A stretch of DNA of 64,000 bases from Dicyema japonicum. Lineage: Eukaryota > Animalia > Dicyemida. Of the stretch, positions 52,143-63,350 are shown piece by piece. The translations under genes and the position numbers were made by a program. The notes under the pieces are model-generated. The model ran no database searches. It saw only the letters and a list, made by a program, of their open reading frames with translations, and had not been told where the DNA came from. Location of the stretch: contig RDEW01000020.1 of the NCBI GenBank assembly GCA_011109175.1, forward strand, positions 676,514 through 740,513, in the 5' to 3' direction. The number at the start of each line of letters is the position of its first letter. Within the stretch, counting starts at the first letter, position 1.

Positions 52143-54867
52143 ATGGATTTGTCGGCAATATTAGAAAAGTCAGTAATAGGAAGTAAAATATTAAATTAAT
52201 GTGAAATAGATCAAGAAGAAGTAAAAGAATGCATGATTATTCTCGAACAGGCAAGTCAAAACAATCTGGTAGTGGATATAATAAGAATAGTCTCAATTAC
52301 TTGTACATCTATCCGGACTACTAAAATCTAGCAACCCTTGCGTTGAACAACAAGCCTGTCTTCAATTAAAGAATATAATAAACCCTGCGAACTGGTCAAG
52401 TCTGTCTGAAGAAGTAAAGGATACTATAAAATCAAATGTAAATGAATATAAATATGAGGGTGGTTGAATGTTTAGGAAAGTCACTTACAATTCCACTGTT
52501 GTTGTCATCCTTGATATGTATAGAAATGCATAGAGGAGAATGGAGTGATATAATAATATACCTTTGTAATATTGATAAACCTCCTCTTCAAGAGTCATGT
52601 CTTATAACTCTAAGTTATATTACCGCGGACATTGATGCAGCATATTTAGACTCATATTCAAAGTTAATCCTAACAGCCATCATAAATGGAATGAGCAAGT
52701 ATTACTATTTATTAACTGTAGTGTTCGTTTGTCAGCAATTAAAGCACTATTGTCATCAATTCCCTTATTCTCTCATAATGAACTGGATATTATAATAAAG
52801 TCAGTTTGTGAGTGCTGTAATTACTATGGTGAGGTGGCTATTACAGCACTACGATGTCTTGATGTTGTAGCTGGTCACTTTTATCCATATTTGGAGGATT
52901 ATATGAGTGATTTATTATTCCCTGTATATTTACATGTAATGTAGATAACATTGAGTGCAATCAGAAGTGGTAATGAGGGGGCAGTCCTCCAAGGAATAGA
53001 GTTTTGGTCAAGTATATGTGAGATTGAGATAGAATTATCAATAGTTGTGTATTATTTATATTATAGGGACAATTTACAAGTAAAGAGTATGCCAAACGTG
53101 CAATGCCCCTGATTATTAATGATATTCTTAAATGCTTGCGGAAAGATGACCAGGATGTTGATGTTGATGGTTCGTGGATTCCTCCGAAAGCAGCTTCAGT
53201 GTGTCTAACAGTCCTCACAGAGTGTTGTCAAGATGATATAATTCCTCATGTCCTTAAATTTGTAGAAGACTGCATATGTGACCTCGACTGGAGTATAAGA
53301 GAGGCAGGAGCTATGGCATTTGGTGATATATTGGTAATATTATAGGTTCTATTGTTAAATTCTGTAAAAATATATCAGAATATGCTCATAGAGTTATCCC
53401 TCATTTTGCTAATCTTTGTGTTAGTGACTCATCTGTGGCTGTTAGGGATACTTGTGTTTGGGTTATTGGACAAGTATGTGAACATAATTGTGTCCTCAAT
53501 CACCTACAAATAATATTAAATTCTCTACTCATGTGTCTCTCTGTTGAGGAACGTGTTGCCATTAATGCTTGCTATGTAATGCAATTATTATATTATAGGC
53601 TTTATCAAGTTTATTTAATACTGCCTATTTGGATTCTAACAGAGTTTTATCTCCCTATTATGAACAATTATTTTCTATTATATTAGGAATGTCCTACAAT
53701 TGTCCTCATAATACTAGACTTTCCACTGTATTATATGAAACACTTATATCTATTATAATTAACTCTGTATTTATATATATTCACTTTAGGATAATTTTAA
53801 TATTTTTATTAATTATTTTCCCTCCATTGTCAACCATTTAAATAAGTCTATTCAAAGTGACCTATCTAATCAAGTTCAGTCATTATTGTGTGTTGTTGTC
53901 AAAGTTTATATTTTATTACATTTAGACTATTCTATTTAAAGTTGATATTAATTTATTTGATAATAATGCTATTATGTCCATGATTGAATTATTACTTTTA
54001 TTACTTTCTTCTCCTTCCAAACAGGAAATACACGATGATGTCATTTATTGTTTCTCTCCATTTATTAATTATATTATTTTTGACCGTTTTATCCCCATTT
54101 TTCTAACCACTCTTTATCCTGAAAATAGTCAGGAGGTTTATTATAATTAATATGTTAGACTCTCTTAGCAGCGGTTGAATTAATATCTGATCTAACCACT
54201 TGTTCACAATTTGTTCCCTATGCAAACTCCATAATGGAAAGATTATGGAATATTCTTATTGTAATTTTATATTATTATTTATAGAATAATCTAACTTGTG
54301 AAAACGTTAAAGCTCATATTCTTACTGTCTTTGGTGATTTAGCGTTACAATTTGAGTCTGACTTTGCGCCATATGCCCCTGTTATTCTGGATACTCTTGA
54401 GTCTGCTGCTAGTGCATCCTATGATAAGGTCATTTCTTTACTTAATTCAGCAATCTGAGGAAGGACTATTTTTACTTAATCAAATGAGGGAGTGTTCTCT
54501 ACAAGCATATACTGGTATTGTACAAGGTCTATCAGGTTGGTCATATTCATTATGTAGCCTCTCATCCAAACTTAATTCTACCACGTCTCAACTTTATTAT
54601 TACATTTATTAAGGAATTAACTAGTGAGACTGATCTTTATGAAAATACTCTTTTGGATTCTCTATTAGGACTTGTTGGGTATTTATTAGTCTCACATTTA
54701 GTGACATATTGAATGCTTTCCCTCATGAAATTATTTCACTATTTGAATGTGAATCAGTCAAATTACTTTTCAAAAAGGAAAGATTGTCCACTAGAGCAAA
54801 CTCTATAAAGACAATGTCATGGATTAAGCGACAATTGAAGAGATTAGGTAAGCATATGGACATTTAA
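52143..54867 (+). CDS. KPNB1: Importin subunit beta-1, ~793 aa, 16 exons
   Basis: MDLSAILEK, LQGIEFWSSICEIEIEL, WIPPKAASVCLTVLTECCQDDIIPHVL, DWSIREAGAMAFG, VRDTCVWVIGQVCE, VKAHILTVFGDLAL, LQAYTGIVQGL. It has 15 introns of 21-27 nt; intron 3 needs a GG acceptor or a one-base sequence correction. Confidence 0.92.
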
Positions 54868-55329
54868 ATATAATTGGTACTCTTTAATATTAGTTAAATT
54901 ATTGGTGCTATAATTTTACATATTCTGTATGCATAATTATGGCATTATTATTGACTAGTATTATATTCTATAAGGATATTTTAAGTAGATTTATTCAAAT
55001 GACTTGCATTTGGAAGAAATAATTATGTTACCACCGAATGACATAGCTTTTGATCATACACTCTGTCATTGTTGTCAAGGATGAATGAGGTATTGTTTAG
55101 GCATATTCTTGGGAATGTAACATCCTAGAATGATATTGAAAATGTCATTGAATGACATTATCCAAATGTCTGACCTTTTCTTGATATGGGTAAACTTTCC
55201 CTAATTCTTTATTCCAAATAGATTTCATATGATGATATTTAACCATTTAAGGATTATATACAATCATCATGACTAAGATGGAGATATTAAAATCTAAATT
55301 GTCTAAATTACCAACTAATTACCGCAAAC

Positions 55330-56220
55330 TACATTAAACATGGGTCAGTCATTATTATTATTTAAGCACTTCACGAGAGCCATAATAATTATAGCAAAAG
55401 AAACAAGGTTAGATGTCATCCTTTTCCATCCTCCCCTGTTCCTAGCCAAGGCTCTCATGTTGTCCAGGTCGTCGGCATTTATTAGATTCTTTATATTGAC
55501 CAGGTCTTTCTGTAAGACTATTGACAATGTTGTTCTTGGTCTTCCACGATAGCGGCCTTCTTGGCTAACATAGTATGTTTCCATAGATATATTAGGTGGG
55601 GATGTTAATTCCATTCTCAACACGTGTCCGAAGAGCTTCCATCGGGATTCCAGTACTTCTAAGCTGATAGGTCTAGTGCTTCATTTCTTATATAAAGCAT
55701 TCCTCGATATTCTCGTAGGCCAAGTAGTTCCTGTTGTTTTTCTCAGCTGACCTCTGTGGAACGAGTCTAGTTTTTCTATATCCGCTGATGTGCTCGCCCA
55801 AGTTCCAGCATTATATAAAGTACAGGTTTTATGAATGAGTCGTATAATAGGATTCTCATTTTCATGTCGATACCTCTTTGATTGAGTCATAGATTCTTCA
55901 CTTTATATAACGCAGCGTTGGCTAGAGTTTTCCTACGTAAAATATCATCGCTATCTCCCAAAAGTGAGCCGAGTTTCTTTACTAGATTCTTCAGTTTATA
56001 TAACGCAGCGTTGGCTAGAGTTTTCCTACGTAAAATATCATCGCTATCTCCCAAAAGTGAACCGAGTTTCTTTACTTGTCGCCACTTCACTTCTAGGACG
56101 TTCTTATCCTTCTTATCTCTGTGAGTTCTGTTTTCTCTCTGTTCACAGTAAAAAACCATTTCCCTAGTACATCTGGTGCCTTTTCTAATAGGGAAATCAG
56201 TCATAATGTTAAAAATACAC
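55330..56220 (-). mobile_element. RTE-like LINE 3' region with internal ~90-bp duplication
   Basis: KKLGSLLGDSDDILRRKTLANAAL (twice), LYNAGTWAST..KLDSFHRGQLR, WKLFGHVLR, RGRPRTT. Confidence 0.8.
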
Positions 56221-56354
56221 AATAATACACTTTTTATGCAAAATATTATTTAAAACTAATAAATAATCAAAATTGAGACTATCAATGTCTATTTCATTCT
56301 TATTAATGCCTTAATAACCTCGGGATTACAATTTTTGATAAGTCCAGGTCACAA

Positions 56355-56950
56355 TTAATCGTCGTATGTCATCCGGGCTGTTGATACTGTTGATAAGACA
56401 TTTATCACCTGAAAACATTAACAATCTCTAAGTTTTGCTACGAGGGATGGTCCCTTCGTCCATCAAATTTTTTTTGAGGCAATAAATCGATTAAGCGTGA
56501 AAAGGATTAAAAATGGAAAAGGTGGAAAATTTAGAGATTGTTAACTTATTTTATTTATTTATTAACCCCGGATACACGAGAAAGAAATGAAAGTGAACAA
56601 CTAATTATGTGTATCCAGTTTCCACTTCTACAGAAACAGAGTCCATCCGGAATCAACATAAATGGTAAGGCGTCCATTACATGCAGTTGTGGAAACCCCT
56701 CCAGTAGAGTGGGGGAGAGCAAATGATCCTATTTCATGCCGGCCTGGCACTGGGCGTCACCTAGTCAGATGGATCACATAATGCCACTCTATTAGGAAGA
56801 GAGAGGAAGAACAGACAAGCAAGCGGAAAACTTCAACCAATTAACCACGCAGCACCACATGGCTAGAGATTGTTAATGATTTTAAGTGATGGACTGGCCT
56901 TATCACCCGGGCAGTATCAATGGCCCGGGTTCTTATGACATACGACATTA
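56355..56950. mobile_element. MITE-like element with imperfect ~75-90 bp terminal inverted repeats, interrupted by a SINE
   Basis: gtcgtatgtcat..ccgggc..tgatactg...attaacaatctcta (56361-56430) is mirrored by tagagattgttaat...cagtatca..gcccggg...atgacatacgac (56864-56946). Confidence 0.6.
56545..56863 (-). mobile_element. SINE, shared-core family, tail type A, 13-bp TSD
   Basis: tagagattgttaa at 56532-56544 and 56864-56876; body is homologous to 29540-29840. Confidence 0.8.
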
Positions 56951-57729
56951 GTCAGCGTTGCGATTATTTGAGAGAGAGGGAATAGCTACGAAATCAAGGT
57001 GGTCGCTTATGACTTTTTTGTCTACTTTCTTTCATGAAGGAAAATTAACTTTTGTTTAAAAAATGATTAATCCAAGGGAGAAAGTCTGCTTGTGAAAGCT
57101 AAATCTTCCTTCAATAGTCCATTACAGGCTTCAAAAGAGAATTAAGTATGCCCTCTTCCATTATCATCACAAGTCCTACGATTGCAGACATTACTTCACT
57201 CTTAGTTGAAGAGTTTTCATAATGGTAATTTTCACAAGTGGATTTGGACAAAGAAAANATAACAATTGTGCCGTGATAGAAGGACTCGTCACCTCACCAG
57301 TGGGATCTGGTTGACGAGAATTAACCTTCGTTGAAAAGTTCATCTTTCAGATTCGCACCCACGAGAGTCAGATCCGATGCGTGAGACGTTGTGTTCATCC
57401 AAAAAGACTCATTCAGCCTTAGAGTTGGCGTTTTGATATTACGTTCCTAAGCAAAGAACGACTACTTATCCCCCAATCCACAAATGTGTTAGAAACTCAT
57501 CCCAGCTTTCTACGACACCATTTAAATACGCTCTTATGATATCAGTGAAAAATATGTGTGTGTTTTCAAACCACGTGGCTATACAATAAAATATGCTGTT
57601 TTAGCGAACAATGTGATTTACATCCAATTTTAGAGCATTTACAAAACTCTTTAGAATTCGACAGAAAAATAGATCACTTAGATCAGAGACAATAGATCAT
57701 CCTTATAAAAAATATACAATCTTGCGCTT

Positions 57730-58030
57730 TATATTTCATGATATATTACAAATATTATTTTTAGCAGAAACAAATTTTAACGCAAAAAAGTTAGAGATAT
57801 TTTTTTCATTTTTGACACAATTTTTTAGAAATTTGTGTCATTGAGGAGAGTGCTGTTCGTAGCTCATTATGCACTAATAAACGCATGATATATTTCAAAT
57901 ATTATTTTTAGAAGAAACAAATTTTAACGCAAAAAAGTTAGAGATATTTTTTTCATTTTTGACACAATTTTTTAGAAATTTGTGTCATTGAGGAGAGTGC
58001 TGTTCGTAGCTCATTATGCACTAATAAACG
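57730..58030. repeat. Tandem ~125-bp duplication
   Basis: aaatattatttttag(c/a)agaaacaaattttaacgc...gcactaataaacg occurs twice. Confidence 0.8.
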
Positions 58031-58479
58031 AATTCGATATTTAGATTAAAGATACAAGATTATAAGGAATGAAGGGGCAGTCCTCCAAAGTAATAAAGGA
58101 AATCTTCACAATAATCCAAAATATATACCACTTTCCCTCGTTGAGTGCATCGTTATCTCAATTGCAACAAATGTTGGCAACATCACCAAATTAAATATGT
58201 ATGTACCCCTCAGTTCATTCACCAAAGAGTTCAGGTTCCATTATTAGATGTCGGAAATTCATATAATTTGTTATTATGTTGTGACTCGAAGCAAAGAATC
58301 CGATGTGGTTCAAAAATCAGCCGGGAGATGCCAATGGAAACAAATTATTATCAAATCTGGATAATCTAGTGATTAAAAAACACTCTATTCATAAAAGAAC
58401 TCCCTACAGACATGACGCAGTACGTCTCCTGACATTACCCTGCTTTTCCAAACGTCGCCATGGTTGCCAATTGGACGGT

Positions 58480-61110
58480 GATATACAATATAAGTAGTAA
58501 CCATAACCCTACTGATTAAGATCCTCTTTAATAGACATCAACATCGGGCTCTGTCCATGACATGTGAACGTAGGTCTTCTAGGTCGTCCGTAAATTCCAA
58601 TTTCTTTCCAACTCTATTAAGATCCTTGTTAAGGAACACAAGAAGAGTGACCATAACCTACGAAGACATTTCCTGCATCAACATCGGGCTCTGTCCATGA
58701 CATGTGAACGTAGGTCTTCTAGGTCGTCCGTAAATTCCAATTTCTTTCCAACTCTATTAAGATCCTTGTTAAGGAACACAAGAAGAGTGACAATAACCTA
58801 CGAAGAAATTTCCTGCAATTTATTCAATTACCAAGGAAAGAGATTACTAAAGCTTCCAGAATCAATCTCAGGAAACCACGAGAAAATTCGTCCTCGGTTC
58901 CCATACAAAATGGCCACTATTCAAACTGGCCTCCAATTAAATTTTCAAGTTTGAAACAAATTCATCAATGAAAATCACGAGATATTTTACAATGTGATTG
59001 ACATCTTTAGGANTGATATAAGTAGTAACCATAACCCTACTGATTAAGATCCTCTTTAATAGACATCAACATCGGGCTCTGTCCATGACATGTGAACGTA
59101 GGTCTTCTAGGTCGTCCGTAAATTCCAATTTCTTTCCAACTCTATTAAGATCCTTGTTAAGGAACACAAGAAGAGTGACAATAACCTACGAAGAAATTTC
59201 CTGCAATTTACTCAATTACCAAGGAAAGAGATTACTTAAGCTTCCAGAATCAATCTCAGGAAACCACGAGAAAATTCGTCCTCGGTTCCCATTCAAAATG
59301 GCCACTATTCAATTGAATTTTCAAGTTTTAGACAAGTTCATCAATAAACATCATGAGATATTTTACAATGTGATTGACATCTTTAGGTGAAAAGTCATCT
59401 TTTTTAAATCCTATAAAAATTGATTCTGGTTGAGGTGGTGACGACACCTTATTGTACTATGTCTTATTTGTATTCCTTACCGACTTCTCCGATCACTCTG
59501 GGATATTTCAATTGGAGAGGACTTAAACAACCTTACAAGAAACACCAACTGGTATGCAATCTAACGTCTCTGTCTGCTGTCTACAAGAGACAAAAACGAC
59601 CGTACAATGTACAGAACTGTTTGGAAAATTCCACCTTTTTATCCTCCCATCGGCCTGCATACATTATGGTCTCGGATTTGCAGTCCATCAGGACCTGATT
59701 CACTACGTTACAAGGGTGTGGACATCATCTGATATTATAACGTCTGGACTACCTAAGAGAACTAGTGCGCAACAAAGATCACGGTCGAAGCTGANACAAT
59801 GTACAGAACTGTTTGGTAAATTCCACCTTTTTATCCTCCCATCGGCCTGCCTACATTATGGTCTCGGTTTTGCAGTCCATCAGGACCTGATTCACTACGT
59901 TACAAGGGTGTGGACATCATCTGATATTATAAAGGAAATGGCGGACGACCTGGACTACCTAAGAGAACTAGTGCGCAACAAAGATCACGGTCGAAGCTGA
60001 CGGAGAGGATGATTCGGAATACGGCACATGGGAAACTTTACTAATTTTATGTTTTCTCGTGAGTGCAATAATAATAATAATTGATATTAACGGGTCCAAT
60101 GGTAAAGTGGCATATTTACCAAGGTCCTCGACATCTTTAGGTAAAAAAGTCATCTTTTTCAAATCTTATGAAAATTGATTTTATCGTTCCTATGGTTAAG
60201 TGGCACATTTACCAAGGTCCTCTATTGAATATATTAATAAATATTCTGTAGATTCATATTAAACAACATTTGATCTACAAATTTGGATGACTTTGATAAA
60301 ATATGGAACATAACTATAGGAACCATTAAAATCAATTTTCATGAGATTTAAAAAGATGACTTTTTACCTTAAGATGTCGTTTTTGTAAAATCTCGTGATG
60401 TTTTTTAATGAACTTGTCTAAAACTTGACAAAAGCCATTTTGAATGGACACGAACAGAACACCCTTATGAGGATGTGGTAAACACTTCGGGTCAACTCAG
60501 AAGATACCTCCTTACGATGACTTCTTAACAAAATAAAATCTCGTGATTTTTTTTAATGAACTTGTCTAAAACTTGACAAAAACCATTTTGAATGGACACG
60601 AACAGAACACCCTTATGAGGATGTGGTAAACACTTCGGGTCAACTCAGAAGATACCTCCTTACGATTACTTCTTAACAAAATCATGAAGTATTATTCCTC
60701 CGTGAGTTTTATCCCGCAGGAAAGAATCACGAGGGTCTTTCGATATCATCTATAAACCCAAGCGAAACGCCNAGAGGATGATTCGGAATACGGCACAAGG
60801 GAAACTTAACTAATTTTATGTTTTCTCGGGAGTGCAATAATAATAATTGATATTAACGGGTCCAATGGTAAAGTGGCATATTTACCAAGGTCCTCGACAT
60901 CTTTAGGTAAAAAAGTCATATTTTTAAATCTTATGAAAATTGATTTTATCGTCCCTATGGTTAAGTGGCACATTTACCAAGGTCCTCTATTGAATATATT
61001 AATAAATATTCTGTAGATCCATATTAAACAACATTTGTTCTACAAATTTGGAGGACTTTGGTAAAATATGGAACATAACTATAGGACCCATTAAAATCAA
61101 TTTTCGTTCA
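58480..61110. repeat. Complex of direct and inverted repeats (foldback/MITE-like), partly inflated by assembly overlaps
   Basis: gacatctttaggt(g/a)aaaagtcat...aaaattgatt at ~59377-59425, 60129-60180 and 60896-60948 is inverted at ~60330-60378. tcaagttttagacaagttcat is also inverted (59322 vs ~60405-60430). Ns at 59013, 59795 and 60772. Confidence 0.65.
59430..60000 (+). mobile_element. RTE-like APE endonuclease fragment
   Basis: LGYFNWRGL, VSVCCLQETK, HYGLGFAVH; shares tgaggtggtgac leader with ~37056. Confidence 0.7.
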
Positions 61111-61299
61111 GAGTGATATCCCATTGTGTGCCTCCTCAAAAATTATAGAATAGCTTATTCTCTATCAGATTAATACCTTCCCGATGTGTCTTTCAACACT
61201 GATTTAAGAACTGTTACCTGACAACACCATACATGCATTACAATGAAAACCTCGGGATTAAAAGTCTCAAATATCCTCCATTGGCATACATAAGGTTAC

Positions 61300-62430
61300 C
61301 CAATTCAAAGGAAGTACTTACAAGATAGATCTTAGAAATTCCAAACAATTTGGAAACTTGGATTGAAAACTTCCTTATTGGACGGAGATGAATGTTAGTT
61401 ACACGTTCCACGAAATCTGTCACTAAATTTATGCTAAATGTGCTCTCACAGAAATCCTCTATGTCACTCATTTTGTTCAACCTCTTTCTAAACCATATGC
61501 CCTCCCATAACAGTAGCGATACTTTTGTTCTCACATATGCTGATGATATAATCATTGCCGCAAGAGAACAATGTTTTCACACTGAGATTCCCCGTTTACA
61601 AGATTTGCTAGATCACCTTAGCATTTGACTTATGATCCTTGCCAAGTCATGGACAATGTTTTTATTTCAAATAAAAGACTAACTCTAGACCCTCTTAACC
61701 CTTAATCGAAATGTTATCCCCTTCATAAACTTTTTCACATACGATCCTCTCATGGTTTTCAGTAAACACGTTATTGATGTCATCTTATCATCCCAACTAA
61801 AGCTACACTTTGTAAAAGTGCTCTTTGGAAACTACAAAGGCTGCTTTAATTCAACTTTAAGCTCACACTACAATAAAACCGATAATTAGTTATAATTGTG
61901 CTGCATGAGGGATAAACCTGTCCAATACGAATCTGAAAAAGATTAATGTATTTCAAGCAACACTCACTAATGCCCTATAAGGGTTCTTCTCCTCACCACT
62001 AAGATCAAGGATGGTTTGATATTGATGAGAGATGTGTTCTAGTAGAGCTTCTTGATCACCCACTAATGCCCTATAAGGGTTCTTCCCCTCACCACTAAGA
62101 TCAAGGATGGTTTGATATTGATGAGAGATGTGTTCTAGTAGAGCTTCTTGATAGATCGAGGAGATATGCTATTAAACTGGCATATGGACTTGATTTAAAA
62201 TCTAAATTACCGTCTAGTTATGAAAAACGTGTAAGATCAATTGAAAGAATATTACACCACTTAAAAAAATAACTCTTGTTTGGTGCAAGGGGTCAATAGT
62301 TCGAAGAGGAGACATATGCTGTCTCGTTATACCAGACCCATCAACTAGGACAAACTCATTGACTTCTCCTTTTTTAATTGATTTTTAATTAGTAACGAGT
62401 TTGTTATGTTAATAAAATTATCTATTTACC
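61300..62430 (+). mobile_element. Jockey/I-like LINE, RT core to 3' end, decayed
   Basis: VLSQKSSMSLILFNLFLNHMP...LTYADDIII; its 3' part is shared with ~28080-28390 and ~16300-16700; ~85-bp internal duplication at ~61960-62150. Confidence 0.7.
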
Positions 62431-62699
62431 GCTAAAATCAACTCCTTTCGAGGAACTTGTCAGGAGAACAGGAGCCATATTGGCACCTAAGAAATTTCAA
62501 AAAGAACTCGTAAATATGGGATGTGCGTCAATTCTCTAGGAAAACACAGACCAAATATGAGACAGCTGCTTAAGGAGACCAGGATCACCTGGTGGCCATG
62601 CAATCTTTTTTAATTTATCGGTGATTCTTGGTTTAAATATGTAAAATATATCATCTCACATGAACAGCTGCTAATAGCGCGAGCATATAGTAAATGACT

Positions 62700-63350
62700 G
62701 AGATGTGTGAACCACGAATGTAAGCTCAAAAATAATGGAGTTAATAAAATCATTTTAGATTTGTTAAATGATCCTTGAAAACATTAATGATAAGGAAAGA
62801 GTTTAAAATACCCACATTATAATTCGTAAGTAATAAGACAATTATGAATTCACAGTCACAAAATGATGTGATCACAATTCTGTAGTTCATAATAGTAAAA
62901 TAGTAAGACTATAAATACACTCACACTCATCCTTTTCCTCATTAATGCTAATGTGACCTCAGGATGAGATTATGTAAAACAGATCTTAGTAACATTTACT
63001 TATACAACATTATTAATATAACCAACATGAAATATACCGAGAAATATTTTGACCAAATTGAGATATAAATAGAACAACAAGACTCGAATAGAAGAATAAG
63101 ACATATTTCGACTAAATTTGAATATTTTCACTTAATTAACCTCACATTGACTACATTGGAATATAACTGATGCCCACTTTGACCAAATTAAGATACATCA
63201 ATCTAAATGAGACAAGAAAATAAGTCAGTTAAGTTAGTAAGTGGTGACTAAGCAAACTGAGCTGTTAGTAATATATAAATGTCACTTTGTGGTTTAAGTG
63301 AATGACGTGAGTACATTTATGCTAATTAGCGATAAATCAAGCAAAATGCA
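62700..63350 (-). pseudogene. Possible remnant of a hydrophobic multi-exon gene
   Basis: Three 24-nt GT..AG units (e.g. gtgacatttatatattactaacag) between hydrophobic stretches, with several stops. Confidence 0.25.

Noticed and set aside
46020-60800. Near-perfect direct duplications of ~130-800 bp as a biological amplification system
   Set aside because: Several junctions coincide with single Ns (46169, 49726, 59013, 59795, 60772), typical of overlapping contig ends joined by a scaffolder. The N-free ones may also be gap-filling artefacts; long reads are needed.
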